Of a stretch of 50,342 bases of DNA, positions 1-10,800 are shown one piece after another. The notes under the pieces were generated by a model. The model searched no databases. It was not told where the DNA came from and was given only the letters and a program-made list of their open reading frames with translations. Numbering within the stretch: the stretch's first letter is position 1; every line of letters begins with the position of its first letter. This stretch comes from a virus (lineage: Duplodnaviria > Caudoviricetes), in IMG/VR virus record IMGVR_UViG_3300032280_000787, positions 1 to 50,342 of that record; one strand, written 5' to 3'. The translations under genes and the position numbers were made by a program.

Positions 1-105
1 GGGGAGATCATCAATCAAATGATTTCTTCCGGATCTATTCAGGAAGTAGAAAAAAAGACGGGTAACAAAAAATGGTATTCAATAAAAGAAAATCCTTATT
101 ATTAG
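1..105 (+). CDS. 3' end of a hypothetical protein, truncated by the window edge
   Basis: Frame 1 is open from base 1 (GEIINQMISSGSIQEVEKKTGNKKWYSIKENPYY) to TAG at 103-105. Confidence 0.55.
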   Translation, partial: GEIINQMISSGSIQEVEKKTGNKKWYSIKENPYY

Positions 106-383
106 AATATAATAATTGTATTGAGTGAGTATGGTCATAGGTACATTTTTTCTAACTTGATATAAACCATAAATGTTGGTGATAGTAAGAAGTATTTTTC
201 ATGATTATTCTATTCAAAGATTTAGATTAAATGATTTAAAATAATCTTTCGATAGTCTTGATGAAATAAATTATAGATTATTATCTAAAGAATTTAGTCT
301 CCTCGACTATTTAGTGATAAGAGAAAATTTGGGAGATCAATATTGGAATGAAAATTAAAAATAAATTGAATAATTAAAAGAAA

Positions 384-1685
384 ATGGATTTAACACACTC
401 TGAGAACATTATTTTAAGGTACACAATAGATTCGGCTACTTATCTCGACACTTGTAAGAGAGATTTTTTCAAAAACGAGGATCTCGGTGAGATCTTTACT
501 GCTGTAAAAGAATTTTGGGATAGGTATCATGAAATTCCTACTAGCGATCAATTAATCGAGGCTTTTAAAATAAAGGGCGAATCAGATAGGATTCAGTCTT
601 CCGAGATAAGATCAATTTATGAAATAGATCTTAGCAAATATGAAGATGATTGGCTTAGAGAAACTACCGAGTTTTTCATCGAGTATAAAAATTTAACAAA
701 ATCTGCTGTTGATGCTTTAAAGTATATTCAATCCACTCCAGTTTCTTCAGATAATATCAAGAATGTTATTGACACATTCAAAAATATCATCGTAGACAGA
801 AATAATATAGATTTTAGCTTTGATGAAGGTTTGGATTTCTTCAATCCAGGTAACCATAAACAGCTAAAACAAAATACTTTCTCCAGTGGATATCCGTTTG
901 TTGATACTGTTCTTGGAGGCGGATTTTCTGCTAAGGCGCTTTATGTTTTCATGGGTATGCCTAAAGTAGGTAAATCACTATGGCTCGGTAACTTAGCTGC
1001 ATCTGCAGTTAAAAGTGGACACAACGTTGCGGTCATATCACTAGAGATGATAGATCGAAAATACGTTAAAAGAATGGGAGCTAATATCTTGGGAATTCCA
1101 GTAGGAGACTATAACGATACTGCCGATGACGAAACGGCAATAAAAAAGAAATTGAATTCGGTTACATATGATAACCTGAGAGTTCCTGGACAACTTTATA
1201 TCAAGGAGTTTCCAACCTCTCAGGCTTCTGTTAATGACGTTGAAAGATACTTAAAGAAAATTGAAGAAACGAAAGGAATTAAATTTAAGGTGATTGTGGT
1301 TGATTATATTAATATTATGAAGAACTGGAGAAATCCAAATTCTGAGAACACTTACATGAAAATTAAGCAGATAGCCGAGGATTTAAGAGGTATGGCAATG
1401 ACCAATAATTGGTCAATCATAACAGCTACACAGACCAAGCAAGGCGATTTCGACGCCTCAGACTTAAGTATTAACTCGGCGGCAGAATCTTCTGGTTTAG
1501 TTGCTACCGTTGATGGTATGTTCGGAATTATACAAGATCCGATTATGTACGCCAACAAGGAATATAAATTAAAAATCCTTGCCAACAGGGACGATGGATA
1601 CAAAAATGCTTACAAGGTGTTCTCAGTTGATTACCGTTATATGAGAATAACGGAAGATCCGAATGTGCCAATGCACACGGAATAA
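384..1685 (+). CDS. gp41: Replicative DNA helicase, DnaB/T4 gp41-like (SF4)
   Basis: Walker A GMPKVGKS, ISLEM, Walker B VVDYINIM, ATQT; adjacent to gp47/gp46. Confidence 0.92.
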   Translation: MDLTHSENIILRYTIDSATYLDTCKRDFFKNEDLGEIFTAVKEFWDRYHEIPTSDQLIEAFKIKGESDRIQSSEIRSIYEIDLSKYEDDWLRETTEFFIEYKNLTKSAVDALKYIQSTPVSSDNIKNVIDTFKNIIVDRNNIDFSFDEGLDFFNPGNHKQLKQNTFSSGYPFVDTVLGGGFSAKALYVFMGMPKVGKSLWLGNLAASAVKSGHNVAVISLEMIDRKYVKRMGANILGIPVGDYNDTADDETAIKKKLNSVTYDNLRVPGQLYIKEFPTSQASVNDVERYLKKIEETKGIKFKVIVVDYINIMKNWRNPNSENTYMKIKQIAEDLRGMAMTNNWSIITATQTKQGDFDASDLSINSAAESSGLVATVDGMFGIIQDPIMYANKEYKLKILANRDDGYKNAYKVFSVDYRYMRITEDPNVPMHTE

Positions 1686-1694
1686 AATAACTAA

Positions 1695-2159
1695 TTGAGA
1701 ATGGACGAAAATAAAAGCGAGCCAAAAAAACAACTAGGAGATAAAATATTTGGAGCACATAACAATCCTACGAAGGATGCTGATTATGGCGACACCTTTG
1801 CAATAGACAAAGATAGTCTTTTAATAGGGGAATCTTATGATGAGGAGGATTATCTTCATAAAAAAAGACTGGAGGAACTCGTTTATGAAGCCTTTCAATC
1901 TTCCAGGTGGTTTCCTCTTAGCTACAAAAAGAAAATACCCAAAGACCTAGTACCTCATCTTTTTCAAGAGGTGCTTGAAAAATTAGAAGAAACTGAATAT
2001 TCTTTCTCTGAAAAATTTGTTTCTATTTGTGATTATGTGCAGATATCATATGTGAAAGCATATGAAATAACTCCTATAAAATACAAGGAGATGATCATTA
2101 ATGAACTAGAAACTAAATATCAAATTTTATCTAGAAAGAAGATAACAAGATTATTTTAA
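1695..2159 (+). CDS. Hypothetical protein; C-terminal half weakly reminiscent of T4 gp33 late-transcription coactivator (ATG at 1701 may be the real start)
   Basis: 154-aa ORF packed between neighbours; helical pattern ICDYVQISYVKAYEITPIKYKEMIINEL. Confidence 0.6.
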   Translation: MRMDENKSEPKKQLGDKIFGAHNNPTKDADYGDTFAIDKDSLLIGESYDEEDYLHKKRLEELVYEAFQSSRWFPLSYKKKIPKDLVPHLFQEVLEKLEETEYSFSEKFVSICDYVQISYVKAYEITPIKYKEMIINELETKYQILSRKKITRLF

Positions 2160-2169
2160 ATAGATCATT

Positions 2170-3285
2170 ATGGATTTTCCTGATTTAGGTCAGAACACAT
2201 CAGCCAAAAGAGTTTGGTTTATTACAGATACTCACTTAGGTGTAAGGAATAACTCCAATGAGTGGATTGACCAGATGAGGGAATACTTCAATGATTGGTT
2301 TTTCCCTTTGGTTAAAAAACACTATAGACCTGGTGATGTTCTTATTCATCTTGGTGATTTCTTTGATTCCCGACAAAGTATAAATCTCAAGGTACTTAAC
2401 CTTGGGGTTTCTGTTGCTGAAGAATTTTCTAATATTTTTGAATCGGGTGTATACTTTATAGTGGGTAATCATGATATATGGAGTAAGTCAACGAATGAGG
2501 TCAATTCTCTAAAATCGATAAAATGGATCCCGGGAATAAGCATATTAGAAAATCCGGTTTCATTAACTCTAAATGACAAGAGATTCTTTATGATGCCTTG
2601 GAGGAAGGATCATGAAGAAGAGGAAACGACTCTAGAAAGGGCTCTTCCTCACGATGTACTTTGCTGTCATACTGATATTAGAGGATTGAAATTCAATCGA
2701 TATGTGAATATCGAATCTGGTGCTAATCAAGACAAGTTCAATAAATTCGGTAGGGTGTATTCTGGACACATTCATTATGCTCAGAAAGTTGGTAATATCA
2801 ATATGCTAGGATCTCCTTATGAACTGACAAGATCTGATATGGATAACACCAAATCTATAACACTGCTGGATCTTGAAACGATGAAGGAGGAGGTTTATGT
2901 TAACGATTTTTCTCCCAGATTTAAAAAACTGTATTTCAGTGACATATTAAACATGTGTCAGGAAGAATTAGAACCACTATTCAGAAACAATTTTATTGAT
3001 GTTATGATAGATCCGGTGATGTCTCTGAAAGCACCGCTTAATATCTTAACCGATACAATAAGCACTCAGAGATCTCTGAAGTTCCATCCTTACGATCCAA
3101 ATCAAACTAGTCTATCCCAACAGATGATTGAATCGGAGGGTAAGCAATTTAATGTTGTTGATTTCATAAAGGATTACGTTGATGCTATGGATTGCGAAGA
3201 AGAGACGAAAAATAAAATAGTGAAAAGTCTGACGAGTTTACATAAGATTGTGGTATCTCAAGAGCAGGACAATAGAATAGCATGA
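2170..3285 (+). CDS. gp47: Mre11/SbcD-like recombination nuclease (T4 gp47-like)
   Basis: Metallophosphoesterase motifs ITDTHLG, LGDFFD, VGNHD, SGHIH; ATGA overlap with the Rad50-like gene. Confidence 0.92.
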   Translation: MDFPDLGQNTSAKRVWFITDTHLGVRNNSNEWIDQMREYFNDWFFPLVKKHYRPGDVLIHLGDFFDSRQSINLKVLNLGVSVAEEFSNIFESGVYFIVGNHDIWSKSTNEVNSLKSIKWIPGISILENPVSLTLNDKRFFMMPWRKDHEEEETTLERALPHDVLCCHTDIRGLKFNRYVNIESGANQDKFNKFGRVYSGHIHYAQKVGNINMLGSPYELTRSDMDNTKSITLLDLETMKEEVYVNDFSPRFKKLYFSDILNMCQEELEPLFRNNFIDVMIDPVMSLKAPLNILTDTISTQRSLKFHPYDPNQTSLSQQMIESEGKQFNVVDFIKDYVDAMDCEEETKNKIVKSLTSLHKIVVSQEQDNRIA

Positions 3286-4946
3286 GAATTTTAAAAATAG
3301 AATGGAAAAACTTTTCTTCTTATGGAAATAAGAAGCAAACCCTAGAATTCCCCGAGGAAGCATCTCTTTTCCAAATAGTTGGCGAAAATGGAGCTGGTAA
3401 AACATCAATATCCCAGGTAATAGCATTCGGTCTTTATGGAAAGGTGGAAGGTAAAAAACTAGGTGATATTCCTAATAGAATAAATGGCCACACCTGGGTT
3501 AAGATAGAATTCGAAAATAACGGAAAAATAGTTACCGTCGAGAGGGGTCTAGAACCATCCCTATTCACATTACATATAAACGGAATTCTTTATGATCAAG
3601 CTGGTAACGGAAATGTTCAGGACTATCTAACTAATGATCTTATTGGAATTCCCTACTATGTTTTCAATAACACAATTTCATTATCGATAAATGATTTTAA
3701 GTCATTTATAAAAATGAGTCCTCAGGACAAGAGAGCTATAGTTGATAAAATATTTGGATTCCATATATTGAATCAAATGAGGGAAGTTCTTAAAGGAGAA
3801 AGCAAGAAAATAAAGGACGATCTGACTGTCATACAAGGAAAGATCTCTACCATAGACAATAGCATATCAGAATCCAATAAGGAAATGGAATCACTGATAG
3901 TTGAAATAGAAAAACAATCAAAGGAAAAAATTAACGAGCTGAATTCACTACTTGAGAAATTTGTAGATCTCCAAAAAATTCATTCGACTAAAGTTGATGA
4001 GTTTAAAACTGAGGAGAACAATCTAAAATCAGTAAGTGATGAATCTACAAAATTGCTAATTCAAACTAGGACATCTTTTAATGATCTGGAGAGAAGACTT
4101 AAACTATATGAATTAGAAAAGTGTCCTTCTTGTGAAAGTGATCTATCTGGATCATTTCATGAAAGTATGAAAGAAAGCTTATCTATGGAAAAAGATAACG
4201 AATCTGGTAAGTTGAATGAATGCGAGGATGCACTAATGAAGATAAAAGAGTCAGAGTCGGATCTTAAGAATAGAAAAAAAGAATTGCTCGATAAGGGTAA
4301 TAAGATTGAACTTAAAATAAAGGAAATCCAGGGAGAGATAAAAAGAACAGAAAGTTTGAAATCCGGTAACGAGCTAAAAAGTCTGGAGAAAATCATACAA
4401 AATCTAAATGATTCCCGGGATAAACTAAACGGGGATTCATTTAAGATTGCTGATAAATCAAATTGGTTGAAAACACTTGATGATATTTTAGGTGAGAAGG
4501 GGGTTAAACAAATGGCTATAAAAACCATACTACCATCACTGAATGGCGAGATCTCTGATTTACTGGTAGCTTTAAGCCTGGATTATAGAGTTGTTTTTGA
4601 TGAGGAATTTAAGGCATCTATCTATCATATGGGGATAGAAATACCAACCCAAACATTAAGCACTGGTGAGATGAAGAAGGCGGATTTTGTTGTTCTCATA
4701 GCTATAATGAAGCTAATGAAACTAAAATTTTCCACGATAAATCTTTTGTTTCTGGATGAGTTATTTAGCTCGGTCGATCCGGAGGGGGTGACTTCCATAC
4801 TATCGATTCTTAAAAAGAACTCCAGAGAAATGGGGCTAAATATATTTGTCATAAATCATGCTCAGATGCCTCATGAGATATTCGATTGGAAATTAGAGGT
4901 AACCAAGACCAATAATTTCTCCTCTATATCATTAGATAAGTTCTAG
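3282..4946 (+). CDS. gp46: Rad50/SbcC-like ATPase (T4 gp46-like)
   Basis: Walker A GENGAGKT, coiled coil with zinc hook CPSC, signature LSTGE, Walker B LFLDE, H-loop INH. Confidence 0.93.
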   Translation: MRILKIEWKNFSSYGNKKQTLEFPEEASLFQIVGENGAGKTSISQVIAFGLYGKVEGKKLGDIPNRINGHTWVKIEFENNGKIVTVERGLEPSLFTLHINGILYDQAGNGNVQDYLTNDLIGIPYYVFNNTISLSINDFKSFIKMSPQDKRAIVDKIFGFHILNQMREVLKGESKKIKDDLTVIQGKISTIDNSISESNKEMESLIVEIEKQSKEKINELNSLLEKFVDLQKIHSTKVDEFKTEENNLKSVSDESTKLLIQTRTSFNDLERRLKLYELEKCPSCESDLSGSFHESMKESLSMEKDNESGKLNECEDALMKIKESESDLKNRKKELLDKGNKIELKIKEIQGEIKRTESLKSGNELKSLEKIIQNLNDSRDKLNGDSFKIADKSNWLKTLDDILGEKGVKQMAIKTILPSLNGEISDLLVALSLDYRVVFDEEFKASIYHMGIEIPTQTLSTGEMKKADFVVLIAIMKLMKLKFSTINLLFLDELFSSVDPEGVTSILSILKKNSREMGLNIFVINHAQMPHEIFDWKLEVTKTNNFSSISLDKF

Positions 4947-4948
4947 TG

Positions 4949-4956
4949 AATATATA
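4949..4956 (+). promoter_or_regulatory. Putative late promoter (RATATATA class)
   Basis: AATATATA in a short intergenic gap, 21 nt before TTG 4978. Confidence 0.55.
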
Positions 4957-4977
4957 GAGTAAAGAATATAAAAAGCT

Positions 4978-5907
4978 TTGCCTCTTCCTAAGAAATTCAT
5001 AAGAAAAAGACTGATAGTTGCTAACCCGGAGGAACTAAAGAACGAGTCCAAGAAAACTCCAAGACAGGAGATGAAGGAGACCGAACTTTCTAAGAATAAG
5101 ATCCCGCAACTAACGAGCTTTCCCGCGACTGCTATTTTACCAAATACTTCTGGTGTTGGAGCTTTGGGAATAGGTTTTCTGAAACCTAGACCTAACATTG
5201 CTCAGACCTATGACGTCCAGCTTTCTCCACAGGGAAAGCCAATTATAAGTAATCCTGTCCTACATCTATATTTCTTTATTAAGTACGATAATATGGACGC
5301 ATCTATTGGAATAGGAAGGCATCTAAAATCGTTTACTGTTATTCTTACATTAAGTCCAACCACAGTAAAGGAAGTTTCCGAAATGCTGGGTGTTAATGCT
5401 AATACGATTACACCTTTAACGAGAAAAGAGTATCTGAACAATTCTTTCGATCATCCAACTTATATTAATGATTCAAATACCCCTTTGCAGATAAGATATG
5501 CAGAGATACCGATACTAAAACAGGTTACACCGGGAAGACTTGATAACATTCCTTTAGGATTTCCTGATTTCGATAGTACCCCTGACGGGATTATTAATGT
5601 TCAGGGACCTATACCATCTGCTCCTTATACAGATTTTTCTAGTTCGACCGGAGCAACTTCATCAGTTACGATAACTCCGGGTGGAACTGTAGCTTTTAAA
5701 GATACCTCAGTAAATACTCCTTGGCAATTTGCTCCTACTGGATGGTCTTGGGAATTTGGACCATCTGCTTCCCCAACAGGAAGTACACAGCAAAATCCGG
5801 TTGTTGCATACGGATCTACTGGTAGTTACACTGTAACCCTAACAGCATCCAACTCCACAGGATCAACAGCAAAGACAAAAACAAACTTTGTAATAGTAAC
5901 TAATTAA
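4978..5907 (+). CDS. Virion-associated protein with C-terminal PKD (Ig-like) domain
   Basis: PKD signature VAFKDTS...WSWEFG...STQQNPVVAY...GSYTVTLTASN; TTG start. Confidence 0.75.
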   Translation: MPLPKKFIRKRLIVANPEELKNESKKTPRQEMKETELSKNKIPQLTSFPATAILPNTSGVGALGIGFLKPRPNIAQTYDVQLSPQGKPIISNPVLHLYFFIKYDNMDASIGIGRHLKSFTVILTLSPTTVKEVSEMLGVNANTITPLTRKEYLNNSFDHPTYINDSNTPLQIRYAEIPILKQVTPGRLDNIPLGFPDFDSTPDGIINVQGPIPSAPYTDFSSSTGATSSVTITPGGTVAFKDTSVNTPWQFAPTGWSWEFGPSASPTGSTQQNPVVAYGSTGSYTVTLTASNSTGSTAKTKTNFVIVTN

Positions 5908-5908
5908 T

Positions 5909-6655
5909 ATGTCTGGTTTTTTAGAAAAATATAACACCGATGAGGTATTCTTAAGAGGCTTAATAATATCCTTATTAAGATCTCTTAATGATAAATTAAG
6001 ATACATTCAGATTAATGATCAGCAGGAAGTGCTGGAGGTATTTATACCGTTCTTCTATTCCATGACTGGAGATGAAGCATTTTTGCAGGACTTCTTTATC
6101 ATATACCAAAATTGTAAAACTGACAAACCTCTAGCTGAAGGAAACTATGATGTTCTCCCGAGGGGAATAGTTTCATATCAAGGATCAGAAATCAATGTTG
6201 GTGGTCTGGGTAATAAGTTTACGAGAATGACTTACACTAAGGAGGATCTAAAAGGAGAGATGAGAGCTTACTCATCAATGACTAATTCGATACCACTGAA
6301 CGTTTCATTCAACGTACAAATGAAAATAGACACGGTTTTAGACGCTTTTAAGATATATCAATCGGTTATTCAGACTTTCTATAAGACTTACACTTTTAGC
6401 TTCGAATACGAAGGTTTTAGAATCCCTGCACAGGTGGGATTTCCTGAATCATATGAGGTCAATAAGCAATTTGAATTCAGCTATCAGAATGAGGAATATG
6501 TGCAATTTTCATTTTCTATTCAAGTGGAAACATATTTACCCGAAAAGGACTTAAGCACCGAAAGATTTAGAGGTAATCTTATGCAGGCTGGAATTAGAAT
6601 GCAGCAAGATGTTAGCAAAAAAACTTTAGGTCCCGATAATAGAGAAATTCTATAG
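5909..6655 (+). CDS. Tail completion/sheath terminator protein (T4 gp15-like)
   Basis: Pattern IPFFYS...LPRG...IPLNVSFNVQM...DAFKIYQSVIQTF...FSFSIQVETYLP; size and context. Confidence 0.6.
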   Translation: MSGFLEKYNTDEVFLRGLIISLLRSLNDKLRYIQINDQQEVLEVFIPFFYSMTGDEAFLQDFFIIYQNCKTDKPLAEGNYDVLPRGIVSYQGSEINVGGLGNKFTRMTYTKEDLKGEMRAYSSMTNSIPLNVSFNVQMKIDTVLDAFKIYQSVIQTFYKTYTFSFEYEGFRIPAQVGFPESYEVNKQFEFSYQNEEYVQFSFSIQVETYLPEKDLSTERFRGNLMQAGIRMQQDVSKKTLGPDNREIL

Positions 6656-6696
6656 TCCATTTCTATCCTTTGCCACTGGATAGTATTTTCTTTTTG

Positions 6697-6704
6697 AATA
6701 TATA
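6697..6704 (+). promoter_or_regulatory. Putative late promoter (RATATATA class)
   Basis: AATATATA followed by CATAAATA (6706-6713), before GTG 6726. Confidence 0.55.
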
Positions 6705-6725
6705 GCATAAATAATTCCATAGAAA

Positions 6726-7019
6726 GTGGCGAACAATAATGAATTAAACTTATTGCCTTTAACTTCTAGAATAATAGACGGAAGTAATAGCCAGACTCAG
6801 GATCAGCTTTATTTTGTTGGTACTGGTAAAAACTATGTCAAAAAATCGGATTCACAGGAGTCTATCGACGTTAAATCATCAGGTAACTTCTACTTGAACC
6901 AGAACCCCTTGGGAAAAACATTTAATGACATACTGGACGGAGGCGATTCTGGAAGTAATCAGCAATTCATTGCACCTGTAATAGGAGGTGTGTCACCAAC
7001 TAGGAAAAGCGGAATTTAA
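6726..7019 (+). CDS. Hypothetical protein
   Basis: 97-aa ORF, GTG start, fills the gap ahead of the fibre genes. Confidence 0.6.
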   Translation: MANNNELNLLPLTSRIIDGSNSQTQDQLYFVGTGKNYVKKSDSQESIDVKSSGNFYLNQNPLGKTFNDILDGGDSGSNQQFIAPVIGGVSPTRKSGI

Positions 7020-7034
7020 AAAAAATATGAAGCA

Positions 7035-7832
7035 ATGGCTTTTAGAATACAAATAAGAAGAGACACTTCAGCTAAATGGTCTTTAAATAATCCCATTTTG
7101 CTAGAGGGTGAAATTGGATATGAGACCAACACAACATATATGAAAATAGGTGACGGTGTTACCCCTTGGAATAACCTATCTTATTGGCAAGGTGGATTAA
7201 CCGGTGCTGGATTGGTTGTGAAACAGAATGGAACTACTATTCAATCCCCAACATCCAACCTTAATTTCTCTAATGATTTCGTAGTAGTAAGCGGAAATAA
7301 TTACACAGCAACTGTTGGATTGGCATCTTCTCCTAGTGGTACATCTCTCAATATATTCGAGGATGGTGTCTTGGGATTAACTGGAGCAACCGGACTTAAT
7401 TTTACAGGAAGACCTGGTGCTATAACTACAAATGGTAAAGTTGCCAATATAGACCTTTTGGATCCATACAGCTCTTATTTTTCTGTTACCGTTCTACTTA
7501 GTGGAGGTAACTTCTCATCTTTCACTTCATCAAGAGGACCAGACGGAAATGCTTTAACTGGATCCCCCTGGAATTTCAATCTATCTAATACCGGAAATAA
7601 TATAACAGTAACACACAATACCGGGGGTAAACCAATGAGTCTTTCAACTTATGGTACTAATGGAACTAATGTTTTTATTAAAAGTCCTAATGGTACATCT
7701 ACTGGGGCTTTCTCATTGGCTTCTAATCTTGCTTCTAGCGCATTTACCGTATATGGAGTTAATCAATCTAATACTGGAGCAGACGCTGCAGGAACCGTTG
7801 AAATAGCTTGGACGTTTGGTGCTACTGCTTAA
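7035..7832 (+). CDS. Fibre/adhesin-like virion protein with Mtd_N/hyaluronidase-type N-terminal attachment domain
   Basis: RIQIRRDTSAKWSLNNPILLEGEIGYETNTTYMKIGDGVTPWNNL; G/S/T/N-rich beta-type body. Confidence 0.75.
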   Translation: MAFRIQIRRDTSAKWSLNNPILLEGEIGYETNTTYMKIGDGVTPWNNLSYWQGGLTGAGLVVKQNGTTIQSPTSNLNFSNDFVVVSGNNYTATVGLASSPSGTSLNIFEDGVLGLTGATGLNFTGRPGAITTNGKVANIDLLDPYSSYFSVTVLLSGGNFSSFTSSRGPDGNALTGSPWNFNLSNTGNNITVTHNTGGKPMSLSTYGTNGTNVFIKSPNGTSTGAFSLASNLASSAFTVYGVNQSNTGADAAGTVEIAWTFGATA

Positions 7833-7856
7833 TATATTATCAGAGATTAAAAAAGA

Positions 7857-10800
7857 ATGGATTTCGATAGAGCTTTAATATTTCCTCCTAAACTTTTATA
7901 TGGATACACCGTATTCGGGAGTATTACTGTGGAGGAGTCATATAATAGCACAGGAAACCCCTATAATGGATTTCCGTATAGATGGCAAGCAAATATTAAT
8001 GTATCCCCACAACAGCACTCAAATCCCAATACACCAACTCCTTATATCTATGATGCTAACGACATCACTGAGGGAATGTGGATTGGTCAAATTAATGGTT
8101 ACACATATAAGATAGTAGAAATAGTATCGGTTGCAGGAAGTGAGAATTTAACTGCAATAGTAGAAGATACGGATTTTCTAAATTTGATATCTTCTCCCGA
8201 ACAAACAGGTAATAATGCTCCATATGAGGATCTACCACTTGTCATATTTAATCTAGATGATAATGGAAATCCAATACTGAATCCTATTCAGTCTCAAAGT
8301 AGTCAGTTACCTGATTATTCTTATTGGGTTAATGATATAGAATCTAGATTTAAATTTAGAAACTACTATCAGAAATTTTTCTATATTTCTCCAGGTGAAA
8401 ATCCGACAGGATTAACCGGGGGAGACCCTGTTTATCTTGCCCCTGACTCAACATTTATTAAGGTTGATTCTACAAGTCAAGATCAGGTTGATAAGATATT
8501 TGGATACGTTTCTGGAGGAAATCTTCCTCTTCCTGGACATCTTACGGTGATGCCTTCCGGTAGATACGTCACAGATTTACCTGGATTGACAGGAGCAACG
8601 GGTGATGTTCTATACCTAAATACTGTTAGTGGAACTAATAATCTAACCCCGACAAAACCAGCAACCGGTCCGGCTAAACCAGTTTATCTCAAAATAACTG
8701 ACACTACTGCTATATTGATAAGTTCCGGTGGTGGGTCTATAACATCTTCCGGATCTAGTGGATCCTCTGGTCTTAACGGATCATCAGGAACAAGTGGATC
8801 ATCAGGAACAAGTGGATCTAGTGGTTCTAGAGGAAGCTCTGGATCTTCGGGAACATCTGGAACTGGTATAGACGGTAACGATTCTTCAAATAGTGGTAGA
8901 TGGAATTATCGTAATACTACTCCTCCCAGTAGTGGAAATTTTTCGACGGATGATTCAGAAATGAGTTTAATTAAATCTGTCTATGTAAATAGAGAAGCTG
9001 CAAACGGTGCAGATTATTCTGCATGGCTTTCCGGAGTAGACGATATACTAAACCTCGGAAATCCTGTCTATTTACAAATCACAAAAGTAGGCTCTAACGA
9101 TATTATTGGTATCTGGAAAGTTAGGGAAATTGATTCATATGGTAGCTATTATAGATTTAGGGTTGATCCGCCACTTGTAGCGAGTGGGGGATTTTCAACG
9201 GGGACTTTTACGATATCATGGGTATATAATGGGTTAAATGGTGGTTCAGGAACAAGTGGATCTTCAGGAACAAGTGGATCTTCAGGAACAAGTGGATCTT
9301 CAGGAACAAGTGGATTCTCAGGATCTAGTGGATCTTCGGGAACAAGTGGATCCTCCGGATCTAGCGGGATAACCGGCCCTACTGGACCTGGATTTAATGC
9401 AGTAGCAAATTACGGAGCTAATAGAATATTGGTTTCTGATAATACTGCAACTGGAGCAACTGCACAGTCAGATCTTACCTTTGATGGATCCTTACTGTCA
9501 TTACATGGTAAAGGAATATCTGATGTAAATACTATTCAGTTCGGAACTACTGGACCTACACCTTCGATATCTGGAGGTATGATGTTTTATGATTCATCAA
9601 AAGAATCTATAGCTTACTATCCAAAAACTGGAGTTAACGTAGAGATTCTTTTAGGTAGACAGCTTTATACAAGAGTAATTAACAACACAGGATCTACTAT
9701 ATTAAAAGGTGCTGCAGTTAAAATACAGAGTGCAACCGGGGGAATTCCTGAGATTACTATGGCTAATGCGGGAGCAACCGGTAATCAGCAGGTAGTTGGT
9801 TTAGTAGCTGATACAATTCTAACCGGTAACGAGGGATTTGTAATTAACAATGGCAAGCTCTCCGATCTTAATTTATCTGGATTTTCGATTGGTGACATCC
9901 TATATCTTTCTGACGGTGTAACCGGAGGATACGTTTCAACCACTGATTCTCTATCATATTCTTCTAGAACTAATCAAATAGGGTACGTTTTAGATAACGG
10001 TGCAACTTCAGGAGTTATCTACGTTAGTATAAACAACGAGGATATAAACCTATCTCTAACGGATTTACAAAGAAATATTCTAGAGGGTAACGTTATCTCA
10101 ACAGGTACTTATGATTTTAATGGATTAACAAAAATTTCCTCTACCACTTTCTCAGTAAGTCCAATGGAGGGATGGATAGTTAATAACACCGGAGCATTTG
10201 CAACAACACCAGAGGTAACCAATATAATCTATCCAGGAGCAACTGGACTTAGCCCGTTAAATTTAGCAAGCGCTGATTCCACATATGTTCTTGTTGATGC
10301 TACTAATACGTTGGTTCTACAGAACACCTTCCCTACACCTCAGGAAAGAAGGCAGAAGATTTATTTAGGTAAGGTAGTTCACCCGGATCACGTTTCCATT
10401 CTTAACGTTAATAACACGGTTGATTTTGACGTGTCTCCCGTTTCTATGATTAGAGATATTTGGACCCCGATTGGATTAATAAACCAGGGAATTTTTCCAT
10501 CCGCTAATGGAAGCAATTTAAATTTTAATACATCTGCTGGTACATTGTGGGGAAACGGTATTGGATGGACAACAAATCAATTAAATCCTGACAGCGTTAA
10601 TATTTCAGCAAAGGTTGCTGCTTCATTCTATTATAGAACCCAAACAGGAGGTACAGGAGGATTGATAACAACAATCGACTCTACAAAATATGATGTCGGA
10701 GGGGTTATCACAACTATTCCTGGTCCTGCTGGTTCCGATGATGCAACCAACCAAAGGATTTATTTATATCCAACGGGAGTTATAAATGTACTTTACGGAC

